In this document: one piece after another, positions 1-16,936 of the stretch
Numbering within the stretch: the first letter of the stretch is position 1
Layout: every line of letters begins with the position of its first letter
Assembly: GCF_009914755.1 (NCBI RefSeq)
Contig: NC_060927.1
Reading direction: 5' to 3' (one strand)
Source of the DNA: the human T2T-CHM13v2.0 reference genome, Homo sapiens
DNA length: 64,000 bases
Position numbers and translations under genes: made by a program
The notes under the pieces: model-generated
The model's input: the letters and a program-made list of their open reading frames with translations, nothing else
Told to the model about the DNA's origin: nothing
The model's database searches: none

Positions 1-1496
1 GGTCTTTTTTTCACTCACATTCTATGCTTCTATAATACTATAATTATTTTTTCAGTTTTAAAAATATTCCAAGACTGCTCTTGCCTCTGCACCTTCAAAT
101 ATGCCATTTCATTTACCTGGGAGGCTCTTCCTTATTCTTTTCTCTACTCATCTTTACCGGGGCACAATAAGAGCACCTACACATAAAGATCTTTGAACAG
201 TGCCTGGTAAAAAGTAAGCACTTTTTACTCAATATCTTTTACCATAAGTATTATTTTCAGAGATATATATAATTCTCTTTACAGGCCACATAGTCCATCT
301 AACCTGTCTGCTTCTGTGGGCATTTATGTTGTTTCCAATCCTCGGCTATTATAAACTATCCTTATGCACATGTAATTTCAAATATGTCTTGGATCAGTTC
401 TCTGGAAACAGGGAGTTGTGTGCAAAATACTTATTGGAGGTACTCTTAAGAGATACATGGCAGGAGAGGAGCCAAGATGGCCGAATAGGAACAGCTCTGG
501 TCTACAGCTCCCAGCATGAGCAATGCAGAAGACGGGTGATTTCTGCATTTCCAACTGAGGTACCGGGTTCATCTCACTGGGGAGTGCCAGACAGTAGGTG
601 CAGGACAGTGGGTGCAGCGCACCGTGCATGAGCCGAAGCAGGGCAAGGCATCGCCACACTCGGGAAGCACAAGGGGTCAGGGAATTCCCTTTCCTAGTCA
701 AAGAAAGCAGTGACAGATGGCACCTGGAAAATCGGGTCACTCCCACCCTAATACTGTGCTTTTCCAACAGGCTTAAAAAACAGCACACCAGGAGATTATA
801 TCCCGCACATGGCTCAGAGGGTCCTATGCCCATGGAGTCTAGCTCATTGCTAGCACAGCAGTCTGAGATCAAACTGCAAGGTGGCAGCTAGGCTGGGGGA
901 GGGGCGCCTGCCATTGCCGAGTTAGTTGTTTGATTAGGTAAACAAAGCGGCCAGGAAGCTCGAACTGGGTGAAGCCCACCACAGCTCAAGGAGGCCTGCC
1001 TGACTCTGTAGGCTCCACCTCTGGGGGCAGGGCACAGACAAGCAAAAAGACAGCAGTAACCTCTGCAGACTTAAATGTCCCTCTCTGACAGCTTTGAAGA
1101 GAGTAGTGGTTCTCCCAGCACGCAGCTTGAGATCTGAGGTCGGGCAGACTGCCTCCTCAAGTGGGTCCCTGACCCCCGAGTAGCCTAAATGGGAGGCATC
1201 CCCCAGTAGGGGTGGACTGACACCTCACACAGCCAGGTACTCCTCTGAGACAAAACTTCCAGAGGAACGATCAGGCAGCAGCATCTGTGGTTCATAAATA
1301 TCCGCTGTTCTGCAGCCACTACTACAGATACCCAGGCAAACAGGGTCTGGAGTGGACCTCTAGCAAACTCCAACAGATCTGCAGCTGAGGGTCCTGTCTC
1401 CTAGAAGGAAAACCAACAAACAGAAAGGACATCCACACCAAAAACCCATCTGTACGTCACCATCATCAAAGACCAAAGGTAGATAAAACCACAAAG

Positions 1497-2508
1497 ATGG
1501 GAAAAAAACAGAGCAGAAAAACTGGAAACTCTAAAAATCAGAGCGCCTCTCCTCCTCCAAAGGAACGCAGCTCCTCACCAGCAATGGAACAAAGCTGGAT
1601 GGAGAATGACTTTGACAAGTTGAAAGAAGAAGGCTTCAGAAGATCAAACTACTCCGAGCTACAGGAGGAAATTCGAACCAACGGCAAAGAAGTTAAAAGC
1701 GTTGAAAAAAAATTAGACGAATGGATAACTAGAATAACCAATACAGAAAAGTCCTTAAAGGACCTGATGGAGCTGAAAACCAAGGCACAAAAGCTACGTG
1801 ACGAATGCAGAAGCCTCAGTAGCTGATGCGACCAACTGGAAGAAAGGGTATCAGCGATGGAAGACGAATGAAATGAAGCAAGAAGAGAAGTTAAGAGAAA
1901 AAAGAATAAAAAGAAATGAACAAAGCCTCCAAGAAATATGGGACTATGTGAAAAGACCAAACCTACGTCTGATTGGTGTACCTGAAAGTGACAGGGAGAA
2001 TGGAACCAAGTTGGAAAACACTCTGCAGGATATTATCCAGGAGAACTTCCCCAGTCTAGCAAGGCAGGCCAACATTCAAATTCAGGAAATACAGAGAACA
2101 CCACAAAGATACTCCTCGAGAAGAGCAACTCCAAGACACGTAATTGTCAGATTCACCAAAGTTGAAATGAAGGAAAAAATGTTAAGGGCAGCCAGAGAGA
2201 AAGGTCGGGTTACCCATAAAGGGAAGCCCATCAGACCAACAGCTGATCTCTCGGCAGAAATTCTACAAGCCAGAAGAGAGTGGGGACCAATATTCAACAT
2301 TCTTAAAGAAAAGAATTTTCAACCCAGAATCTCCTATCCAGCCAAACTAAGCTTCATAAGTGAAGGAGAAATAAAATCCTTTATGGACAAGCAAATGCTG
2401 AGAGATTTGGTCACCACCAGGCCTGCCCTAAAAGAACTCCTGAAGGAAGCACTAAACATGGAAAGGAACAACCAGTACCAGCCACTGCAAAAACATGCCA
2501 AATTGTAA
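1497..2508 (+). pseudogene. L1 ORF1p (RNA-binding/chaperone), disrupted
   Basis: MGKKQSRKTGNSKNQSASPPPKE...QKHAKL*. Premature TGA at 1824-1826 and a small frameshifting deletion near 1866. Confidence 0.95.
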
Positions 2509-2571
2509 AGACCATCAAGGCTAGGAAGAAACTGCATCAACTAACGAGAAAAATAACGAGCTAACATCATA

Positions 2572-6431
<3,860 letters not shown>

Positions 6432-6829
6432 ACAATGAGAACACATGGACACAGGAAGGGGAACATCACACTCTGGGGACTGTTGTGGGGTGGGAGGAGT
6501 GGGGAGGTATAGCATTAGTAGATATACCTAATGCTAAATGACGAGTTAATGGGTGCAGCACACCAACATGGCACATGTATACATATGTAACAAACCTGCA
6601 CTTTGTGCACATGTACCCTAAAACTTAAAGTATAATAATAATAAAATTAAAAAATTAAAAAATAAATAAATAAACAAGATACATGGGAAGGGTGTGAGAA
6701 GGGCAGAATTGGGAAGAGGGAGAAGCTGGCCTGCAATGTGTTCTTAACTGAGGCCTCAGCTGACCTATGGAGAGCTCTCAAGAGGTCTCAGGGTACCATA
6801 TGACTTCTACTTTTTCTCTCTTGAAACCC

Positions 6830-7141
6830 TGTGACTGCTATGTGACTGCCATGTAAAAACACCTGGCCTAGCCTCCTTCATGATGACAGACCACATGGAG
6901 AGAGATGCCTGGTTGATACCCAGCAAGTAAGTAGGCCACTTAGATCATCCAGCCCCAGTCAAGCCACCAGATAAGTCCAGCTGCATGAGTGATCCCAGAT
7001 GATATCAGTAGAAGAGACCATATAGCTGAGTTCAGACTAAATATCTGAACCACCTAAAAACCACAATAAGCAGAAAAAAAAATTGTTTTAAGTCATTAAC
7101 TTTTCGGGTAGCTTGTTATGCATCAATACCTAAGTGATACA
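6830..7141 (+). mobile_element. MaLR LTR (MLT1-family) 3' portion
   Basis: Typical MLT1 end TTGTTTTAAGTCATTAAC...TTGTTATGCATCAATACCTAAGTGATACA. Confidence 0.6.
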
Positions 7142-7330
7142 AGAGGCAATACTGTAGGAGGTTGAGAAACAACAAGATAGTAGAAACATGATGCCTGGGC
7201 TGCCTCACAGAACAGAGAGGCCTGAATGTGCTAGATTATTATATGAGACAGAAACTTCTATCTAGTTTGAATCACACATGACATATTATTTCATTTCATT
7301 TTCATGCCATCTATGAAGTAAATAGGAAGA

Positions 7331-7483
7331 TTATTTTATTTTATTTTATTTTATTATTATTTTTTTTTGAGATGGGGTCTGGCTATGTTGCCCAGGGTGG
7401 TCTCAAACTCCTGGGCTCAAGTGATCTGCCTGCCTCAGCCTACCAAAGTGCTAGGATTATAGGCATAAGCTACTGCACCCGGC
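7331..7483 (-). mobile_element. FLAM/Alu left monomer
   Basis: T-rich tail followed by the reverse complement of a single Alu left arm ending CCCGGCC. Confidence 0.85.
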
Positions 7484-7683
7484 CTTCTTTATTTTGTAAT
7501 GAAACCAAAGCTCCCGATGGTAAGAGAAATTTTTTATACCTAGTGGTTTAAGAAAAAAGCATTCAGGAAGCTTAAAAGCATTTTTGGCAAGGACCTGTGG
7601 ATCTGGACAATAAGATGATTTTAGCACTAGGTTTGAATTGCTCTCTCACTGCAGGAAAAAAAAAATTATGTAGTGGTTACTAT

Positions 7684-7928
7684 TTGAGAGCTTGGTTAGA
7701 GAGTCTAGCAGGGGAGTGCAGCTACTCATATTCCCTTGATCAAATAATGGTCCTCTACTCTCAAGAAAGGTAATCATCTTCCTCTACATGTACAGCTTCA
7801 GGAGGGATGCACATGGAGCAGAGAGGGAAGGAGACACCCTCCTAGCCAGCCTGGCCGGCCTGATCAGCCAGATCAACCCTGGTGATCAATGGGGTGACAG
7901 ATGTTGCAACCAGATCACCCTCACAGCC
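7684..7928 (-). pseudogene. 7SK snRNA retropseudogene, 3'-truncated (about nt 1-240 of 7SK)
   Basis: Minus strand reads GGCTGTGAGGGTGATCTGGTTGCAACATCTGTCACCCCATTGATCACCAGGGTTGATC...GAGTAGCTGCACTCCCCTGCTAG...AAGCTCTCAA, matching 7SK. No poly(A). Direct repeat TTACTATTTGA at 7677-7687 and 7932-7942. May be the annotated RN7SKP212 (recall, unverified). Confidence 0.93.
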
Positions 7929-7974
7929 ATATTACTATTTGAAAAATGCTGTTCTCAAGCATTTTATATTAATA

Positions 7975-8300
7975 TATTTACTCAACAAATATTTATTGAA
8001 CTCCTGCTATGTGCATCACTCAAGACATTTGGGATACATCAGTTAAAACAAACAAAAAAACCAGAAAATGATGTCTGGCTTTATAGAGCATGTATTTTAG
8101 CAAAAGGACACAGTAAAAAATAAATAAATAAGTACAATCATTGGTATATTAGAAGATGATTACAGCTATAATGGAAAAAAGCAAAGTAGAGTAAGGTGAG
8201 GGACATGGGTGGGTGGAAGCAGATTATACTTTAAATAGAGAGGCCAAAGTGGACCTTTCTGAGAATGCAGCATTTCAGCTAAGACAAGAAGAGAGTGAGG
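7975..8300 (-). mobile_element. L2 LINE 3' fragment (resumes about 12390-12850 after nested insertions)
   Basis: ACTCAACAAATATTTATTGAACTCCTGCTATGTGC is the L2 3' end in reverse; L2-like sequence resumes after the L1M. Confidence 0.65.
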
Positions 8301-9530
8301 CAACATTCATTCGTGATAAAAAATACTCAAGCAACTAGGAATATAAAAGAACTTCCTCAACCTGATAAAGGGCATCTACTAAAAACCCACAGCTAATATT
8401 AAACTTAAAGATGAAAGAATAAATGGTTTCCCCCAAAGATCAGGAATAAGATAAGGATGTCCATTCTCGCCACTTCCATTCAACATGGTAGTGGGGATTC
8501 TAACCAGGACAATTAAGCCAGACAAAGAAGTAAAAGGAATCCATATTGGAAAGAAAGAATAAAACATTCTTTATTTGTAAGTGCCATAATCTTATATACA
8601 GAAAATTCTAAGAAATCCACTTAAACTACTAGAACTAATAAATGAGTTTGACAAAGTTTAAGGATGTAAGATTAATATACAAAAGTAAATTGTATTTCTA
8701 TAAGCTAGCAATAAACAGTCCAAAGATGAAATTAAGAAACAATATCCATTAACAATAGCACCAAAAAGAATAAAATACAGTATTTACTAATAAGTTTAGC
8801 AGTAGAAGACTTGAACACTGAAAGCTACAAAAATACTGAAAGCAATTAAAGGAGGCCTAAATAATATAGAAAGACATTTCCATGTTCACAGATTGGAAAA
8901 CTTAATGTTGCTAAGAAGGCAATACTTCCCAAATTGATCTATAGGTTTAGCACAATCCCTATAAAAATCATAGCTTTCTTTTTACAAAAATTGATAAATT
9001 GATGCTAAAATGTATATGTCAATGCAAAGGACCCAGAAGAACAAAAATAATCTTAGAAAAGAACAGACTTGGAGAATTCACAATGACTATAAAGCTACAG
9101 TAATCAAGACAGTGTGGCATAAGGATAGATATATAAATAAATGGAATAGAATTGAGCCCAGAAATAAACTACTTGCACTTACAGTTAACTAATTTTTGAC
9201 AAAGGTGCAAAAGTAATTTAATGTTGGTAAAATAGCCTCTTCAACAAATGGTGCTGGGACTACTGTATATTCACATGCAAAAATATAAATTTGGACCTCT
9301 ATCTCACATTATACAAAAAAAATTAACTCAAAATGAATCATAAGTTTAAATGTAAGAACCAAAATTATGAAATACTTAGAAGAAAATGTAGGTGTAAATC
9401 TTCACAAACTTGGACTGGGTAATGATTTGTTAGATATAACACCAAAAGCTCATGCAATAAAACATTAATAAATTGGACTTGATCAAAATTTAAAACTTTT
9501 GCATTTTAAAGGACATCAAGAAAGTGAAAG

Positions 9531-11220
9531 TGTGTCCGAAATTGGTGGGTTCTTGGTCTCACTGACTTCAAGAATGAACCTGTGGACCCTCACGGTGAGT
9601 GTTACAGTTCTTAAAGATGGTGTGTCCAGAGTTTGCTCCTTCTGATGTTCAGATGTGTTCAGAGTTTATTCCTTCTGGTGGGTTTGTGGTCTCGCTGGCT
9701 TCAGGAGTGAAGCTGCAGACCTTCGCAGTGAGTGTTACTGCTCTTAAGACAGCACGTCCAGAGTTGTTCTTTCCTCCTGGTGGGTTGGTGGTCTCACTCG
9801 CCTCAAGAGTGAAGCTACAGACCTTTGCAGTAAGTGTTACAGCTCATAAAGGCTGTGCGGACCCAAAGCATGAACAGCAGCAAGATTTACTGCACAGAGC
9901 AAAAGATCAATGATTCCACACTTCGGAAGCAGACCCCAGCAGGTTGCGGCTGCTGGCTGGGGCAGCCTGCTTTTATTCCCTTATCTGGGCCCACCCACAT
10001 ACTGCTGATTGGTCCATTTTTCAGAGAGCTGATTGGTCCGTTTTGACAGGGTGCTGATTGGTGCATTTACAATCTCTGAGCTAGACACAAAAGTTCTCCA
10101 AGTCCCCACTAGATTAGCTAGACACAGAGCACTGACTGGTGCGTTTACAAACCTTGAGCTAGACACAGAGTAGTGATTGGTGTATTTACAATCCTTTAGC
10201 TAGACATAAAGGTTCTCCAAGTCCCCACTAGATTAGCTAGACACAGAGCACTGATTGGTGCATTTACAAACCTTGAGCTAGACACAGAGCACTGATTGGT
10301 GCATTTACAATCCTTTAGCTAGACATAAAGGTTCTCCAAGTCCCCACTAGATTAGCTAGACACAGAGCACTGATTGGAGCATTTACAAACCTTGAGCTAG
10401 ACACAGGGTGCTGACTGGTGCATTTACAATCCTTTAGCTAGACATAAAAGTTCTCCAAGTCCCCACTAGATGAGCTAGACACAGAGCACAGATTGGTATG
10501 TTTACAAACCTTGAGCTAGACACAGGGTACTGACTGGTGCACATACAATCCTCCAGCTAGACATAAAAGTTCTCCAAGTCCCCACTTGACTCAGAAGCCC
10601 AGCTGGCTTCGCCCAGTGGATCCCGCACCAGGGCCGTGGGTGGAGCTGCCTGCCAGTCCCGTGCGGGGTGCCCGTACTCCCCAGCCCCTGGGCAGTCGAT
10701 GGGTCGGGGAGGCTCGGGCTGCGCGGGAGCCCACTGCAGCAGTGGGGCGGGGTGGGGGGTGGTGCGGTGCTTGGGCATGGCAGGCTGCAGGTCCCGAGCC
10801 CTGCCCCGCAAGGGGAGGCGGCTGAGGCCCAGCAAGAATTCAAGCATGGCGAAAGTGTGCCGGCAGTGCTAGGGAACCCGGCACCCCCTCCGCAGCTGCT
10901 GGCACGGGTGCTAAGCCCCTCACTGCCCTGGGCCGGTGGTGCTGGCTGGCTGCTCTGAGTGCGGGGCCTGCAGAGCATGTGCCCACCTGGAACTCACGCT
11001 GGCTCACGAGCACCACATGCAGCCCTGGTTCCTGCCCGTGCCTCTCCCTCCACACCTCCCCGCAAGCAGAGGGAGCCGGCTCTGGCCTTGGCCAGCCCAG
11101 AGAGGGGCTCCCACGGTGCAGCGATGGGCTGAAGGGCTCCTCGAGCATGGCCAGAGCGGATGCTGAGGCCGAGGAGGCGCTGAGAGCAAGTGAGGGCTGC
11201 TGGCACATTGTCACCTCTCA
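9531..11220 (-). mobile_element. Solo LTR12 (ERV9 LTR; LTR12C/D/E-type), 1690 bp
   Basis: Minus-strand termini TGAGAGGTGAC...CCAATTTCGGACACA, 4-bp TSD AAAG (9527-9530, 11221-11224), tandem CCAAT-bearing repeats 10000-10590 and a GC-rich U3. Confidence 0.95.
9960..10590 (-). promoter_or_regulatory. LTR12 enhancer/promoter: tandem NF-Y (CCAAT) repeats, GATA site and AATAAA TATA-like box
   Basis: About 8 ATTGG boxes in repeated units; the minus strand reads CCAGATAAGGGAATAAAAGCAGG near 9965-9988. Confidence 0.7.
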
Positions 11221-11964
11221 AAAGGATGCATAGATTGGAAGAAAATATCTCCAAATCACATATATAAGGGTCTTGTTTCCAGAACGTATAAAGTACTCTT
11301 ACAACTCAATTACAAGAAGACAAGTCACAGAATTTAAAATGGGCAAAGAATTTGAATAGATATTTCTCCAAAGGAGGTATATAAATGGCCAATAAGCAGA
11401 TAAAAAGATGCTCAATATCATTAATTATTAGGGAAATGCAAATCAAAACCTACTGTACATTCACCAGAGTGGCTAGAATCAAATAAGTATGGGAGAGGAC
11501 GTGGAGAAATTGGAACCCTCTTATACTGCTGGTGGAGATGTGAAATAGTACAACCACTCTGGAAAACAATTTGGCAGTTCCTCAAAAGATTAAAGCTAGA
11601 TTACCATATCACCCTGCAATTCCACTACTAGGTATATACCCAAGACAACTGAAAATATGTTAACACAAAGATCTACACATGAATGTTCATAGCAGCATTA
11701 TTTATAATAACCAAAAAGTGGAAACTCCATCAAGGGGTGAATGGATAAAAAAAATGTGGTAGAGATCCATACAACAAATATTATGAGACCATAAAAAGAA
11801 ATGAAGTACTGATACATGCTACAACATGAAAGAACCTTGAAAACACACTAAGTGCTGGGAGGGACAGAAGAAGTGAAGAATGCTAGCTAAAGTGTACAAG
11901 GATTCTTTTTGAGGTGATGAAAATGTTCTAAATTGATTGTGGTGATAATTGCACGACTCTGTAA

Positions 11965-12319
<355 letters not shown>

Positions 12320-12849
12320 TAAAGCAGGTGAATTTTATGACATGTAAATTCTGTCTCAATAAAGCTGTCCAAAAGGGGAGGGAGGGGAAGATGGAGTGAA
12401 CTATGTAGATATCTGAAGAAAGAACATTCTAAGCAGAGGGAACAGCCAGAGTGAATCCTCTAAGGCAGAAGAACAGCTGGTGTGTTCAAAGACAGCAAGG
12501 AGGCCAGTGTGACTGGAATAGGTGAGGGAAGGAAAAGCCGACAGGAGACAAGGTCAGAGAGATCATGAAAGGCCTGGTCATTTAGGGTCCATAAGACCCT
12601 ATAAGGCCATTGTGAAGACTTTATCTTTCCAGTGACTGAGATGGAGAGCTTTTGCAGGGTGGTGAGCGGAAGGATGACATTACATCTGATTTACATTACA
12701 AAAGAATACATCTGGCTGCTGTGTGGCTGGGCAAAGGTAAAGACAAAGAGACTAGTGAGGACATTGTGACCCATAAAGAGATGATGACAGCTTAGACAAC
12801 ATTGATAGGTATTAATGGAGATGGTAAGTAGTTGGGATTTGGTGATATT

Positions 12850-13010
12850 TAACTCTAATCCTCACAACAATTCTATGAGGTAGCTAATGACATCATCCAC
12901 ATTTTACAGATGACAAAATGATTACATATGATTTCACAGCTTGCAACATCCCACACAGAATAGGTCATAATTTTATCAAATGTTAAACCCAGGCAGTCTG
13001 AGTCCAGAGT
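12850..13010 (-). mobile_element. MIR SINE
   Basis: AATCCTCACAACAATTCTATGAGGTAG...CATTTTACAGATGA core. Confidence 0.75.
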
Positions 13011-13782
13011 CTGCATCTCACTCATCATCCTATACCACCCCTCTGGAAGCTCGTCTGTGTCGGAAATCTCACCTGTGCCTGTCAGTTCTGCCACGTAAAC
13101 ATACGAGGATGTTTAAAAGTTTTCAAGCCACAGCTGTATGCTGGAATTCTCTTCCTAAAAACAAGCAGTATTCCTGGGGTCTTGGTCTGACAAGTTCATA
13201 CTCATATTGAAATAATTTGTTTCCCTGAAAAGTGAGTGAGCATCAGTGCTGAGCTAGACAGAAAAAAAAGTTGAGGCCTAAAATGAGAAGAAAAAAAACA
13301 AGGCTGAAAAGTATGGCATTGCTCTAACAAGGAAGAAGAAAATAAATTCATGAGAAGAGAGACTCTGACAAATACCACAGAGGGGAATTATCCTATGAGC
13401 CTTTGTGAATTGAAATTTGGGGTTCTACGAAAATTATATAATGGGATTGGGATTCTTTCTACTTTTTAAAATGTTTGAATTGAGCCATTGTGTAGCTTTT
13501 ACTCATAGCTCTGATGAGAGCCTTAACTACAATCCTGAAAGCTTATTCTGGCCCTAGTCGGGCCTATATCCAAGTTTTCTATAAATCCAAATATTTGAAT
13601 TGGAAGTAAATTGCATGTGATTGGTTTTTCTTTTGCTTCCTCCAAATAATGGCATCTATCAAGGGTAGATCAGAGCACTTTGCCAGAATTCATACTTGCC
13701 TCCCCCACTTCTCTCCTCCCTTCTTCCCATCCTCTTTAAATCCAAGCCATACTCCTTCCATTTATAAAAGGATATTTTATTT

Positions 13783-14918
13783 TATAAACAAAAAATAAAA
13801 TTCAAAGATCCTCCTGTTATATGTAAAGTTTCAGTGCTGCAAAAGGAATAGCACTCGAATATAAAGTTTTCCTTTTAATTCTCAGCAAGGCAAGTTACTT
13901 CTATAGAAGGGTGCGCCCTTACAGATGGAACAATGGTGAGCACACACTTGGACAAGGGAGGGGAAGGAGTTCTTATCCCTGATGCACATGGACCCTGCTG
14001 CTGTGCCATTCCCCCATTGGCTAGGGTTAGACTGCACAGGCTAAAGTAATTCCAATTGGCTACTTTAAAGAGAATGACAGGGTGAGTGCTTTGGCGGGAG
14101 TCAGGGCAGAACCGGTAGCAGGTAATTGGAATGAGTCAGGGTGGAGCAGGTAATCAGAATGAGTCAGGGTGGAGTAGGTAATCAAAAAAGGTTGCTTTAT
14201 GAGGAAGTTAAGTTTAAAAGTAGAAGGCAAAGAATTGAACATACTGACACATTAATTCTTTGAAAAGAAATTTAGAACTCATATCTAACACTCCAACCAT
14301 CTGAATGGACCCCTCTCAGCCGAGGGCATTCCAAAGTTAACCCAAAAAACTAGTTCAGGCCATGATGGGAAGAGGGAGTAATTCATGCCTTATTATGCCC
14401 TTCTCCCTTTTGGAATTCAGGCACAGCTGACCAGCATCCACATCAACACAGACCTTAAGACTAATAGAATAGCCTCTTTAAATCTGATAAGAAACATTTA
14501 TAATCTATTCTCTTTGAAACCCGGACGCTTCATCTGCGTGGTAAAACCTTGGCCTCCACCACCCCTTATTGTAATTCAGACATTCCTTTCTATTGATTCC
14601 AGGTCTTTAGATAACAACACTTTCAACCAATTGCCAATCAGAAAATCTTTGAATCTGCCTATGACTGGGAAGCCCCCTTGTCCTGGCTTTCAGTTTTTCT
14701 GCTTTCCAGATCAAACCAATATAATACATCTTACATGCATTGATTGATATGTGTCCCTAAAATGTATAAAGCCAAGTTGTGAGTTGTAGCCTGACCACCT
14801 CAGGCACATGTTCTCAGGCTCTCCCGAGGGCTGTATCACAGGCCATTGGTCACTCATATTTGGCTCAGAATAAATCCCTTCAAATATTTAACAGAGTTTG
14901 ACAATCTTTTCATGGACA
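13783..14918 (+). mobile_element. MER4-family solo LTR (ERV1), split by an LTR10 insertion
   Basis: MER4-type start TATAAACAAAAAATAAAATTC and end GGCTCAGAATAAATCCCTTCAAATATTT...GGACA; TSD ATTT (13779-13782, 14919-14922). Confidence 0.8.
13815..14290 (-). mobile_element. LTR10 (LTR10F/A-like) solo LTR with AP-1 repeat
   Basis: Minus strand begins TGTTAGATATGAGTTCTAAATTTC. TSD CTCC (13811-13814, 14291-14294). 28-bp tandem units contain TGAGTCA at 14132-14138 and 14160-14166. Confidence 0.88.
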
Positions 14919-16936
14919 ATTTCCAGTTCTGCTCTGTGTTTTGGCTTCTTGTGGTCATGTGAGACTCATCCCTTTTACTGTTTCTGTGCATACCTTCCCC
15001 CAGCCCCCACCCTGCATCCTGTAAGGATAAGATGCTTGGAGCAGTAGCTACCACCTTGCAGCTGGAGGAGAACGCCAGGAGAATTTTAGAGTGCCACCTC
15101 ATACTGAGATTCTCCTTCCTCCAACTTCTTATTATAGGAGGTATTTCATGATTTTGTTGCCTCAATTTAGTTTTCTATTATAGCAGAGGTATCCTAAGGA
15201 ATCAAATAATTACCAATCTCACCTTTTCTTTTTTCTTCCACAACTCTTCTCTAATATTGGATCAGGGTAGGGGAGTTGGGTAGAGGGGGATATTTGCCTT
15301 CACCTGTACCCCAGCCAGTGCCCAGTCATACTAGGTCTAACTTTCTAAACTTCTGGATCTTCTCTCCCTCCCTTCTTCTCCTCCTCACTGCTATCCCCCA
15401 TGCCCCTAGCAATCAAGTCCTGTAAGAATCAGGATCCACTTTCAAAAATAACAACTACATTTTCCACTGTGGGTCTGTGTCATAAAGGAATGGCAAAAGG
15501 TTAGTGTAATAGCAGCTTCCCACTGACTAGTCTGTAATCACCATTCTTTCGTGGAACTCAATCAAGTATCTCATTACATAAAATACTGAACATTATTTTG
15601 TCATTTATTTCCTTGGTTTAACCTGCTTAAATAAATAGTTCCCCCAATTCAAAAGCAATTTAAAAAGCAACACGGTTTTGTAAATTGTATGTATTTTTTA
15701 AAGTTTGGGTGGCAAAAAGTAAATACCTTGTCTTCTTTTATACACACAATAGTATTGTATAGACTTGAGCTTTGCATGGACTGCCTTTATCTGCTTCTAC
15801 AGTATTTTAATAAATTCAGCTCAGCTAAATTCTCTGCTTTCCTCCATGACCTTTCTTTACTGTGGCATTATCCTGCTGTGATTGATGGGAGCACTGTACA
15901 ATGTACTGGCATATTATAAAAATTGTATTTGGGCTGCCTAACTTACTTTTGATGAAAAACTTTAGTATACCTGCTAAAGCAATCCCTATTCCCTATGAAG
16001 ACCAGCTTGAGTTTCTATTCCCTTTTTCAATTTTTTTTATGAGTTTGAATGAACTTGGAATCCGTCTCAGACTCAGGAGCAGAACACACTTTATGTTTCT
16101 GCAGAGTTGTTTTTCATCACAAACCAATAAACAGTAGACAAAGCTCTCTGTGGAGTCTGCTCATCAAATCAGATCTATACTGTATCACTATTTAGACAAA
16201 ATGAAAAAAGGCCAAGAAATCAGGCACATCCACAGATATATGCCAACCTCTATGATAAGGTTGTCATGACCCTGTCATGAGACAGGGTCTGTCTTCCCAG
16301 AAATAAAAAGATGATGGGACACTCTGACAGAGGTGTCTCATGCGTTGACAATTTTCTTCACAGAGGCTGTGCCATTGATCTATCTCCACTGCATTTCATT
16401 GGGAATTTAAATTATATCCAGACATGAGTATTTCTGAACTGACTTAAACTGAAAAATAGCCTTTAGTCTTTTTCTTCTTCTATGGACATTTGTTAAATCT
16501 TTGTTTGCATGTATATAGAAGCTGTCCTTAGGGGAAATAGAATTCAGCCCATGTAAGAGAGTATTGAGTTTTCATAGTATATCTGCCTAGGTTCACTCTA
16601 AGGGCTCTGCTGGTTGTTTTATCATCATAAACCACCTGGAATCTCTCAACAAGACTGGGTACTACGTAAATTACATTCCAAGACAAGAAAGGCTGTTTTA
16701 AACCCTCTTTCAAGAGAGTTTATATTGAAAAAAGGAAAGGATTCAATCATAAAAAAGTATGAGCATGACTTTGAGGGCAGTCAAAGGTGTCTCTAATCCT
16801 ACGACTTGAGACTCATGTGACAGGACAATTCCATGTAGCAAAAGGGGCAGATGGAGAAAGGAGGGAACCTAGAAGTGCCAGGGAGGCAGTGTGGCATGGC
16901 TCTGATCCCTGCTCTGCCACATAGCAGTGATGTAAT

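Noticed and set aside
378-872. 164-aa antisense ORF overlapping L1 ORF0
   Set aside because: The ORF0 ATG (914) hits TAG at codon 9; the long frame starts at a non-ATG codon and reflects L1 5'UTR composition.
10000-10590. Regularly spaced repeats resembling a CRISPR array
   Set aside because: The units are tandem LTR12 enhancer repeats with no unique spacers, there are no cas genes, and the DNA is primate.
10502-11254. Many overlapping ORFs in LTR12, and likewise in the Alus and the SVA VNTR
   Set aside because: GC-rich, stop-poor repeat sequence with no protein-family signal.
16268-16289. 9-bp hairpin GACCCTGTC-ATGA-GACAGGGTC
   Set aside because: Short enough to occur by chance in 64 kb.
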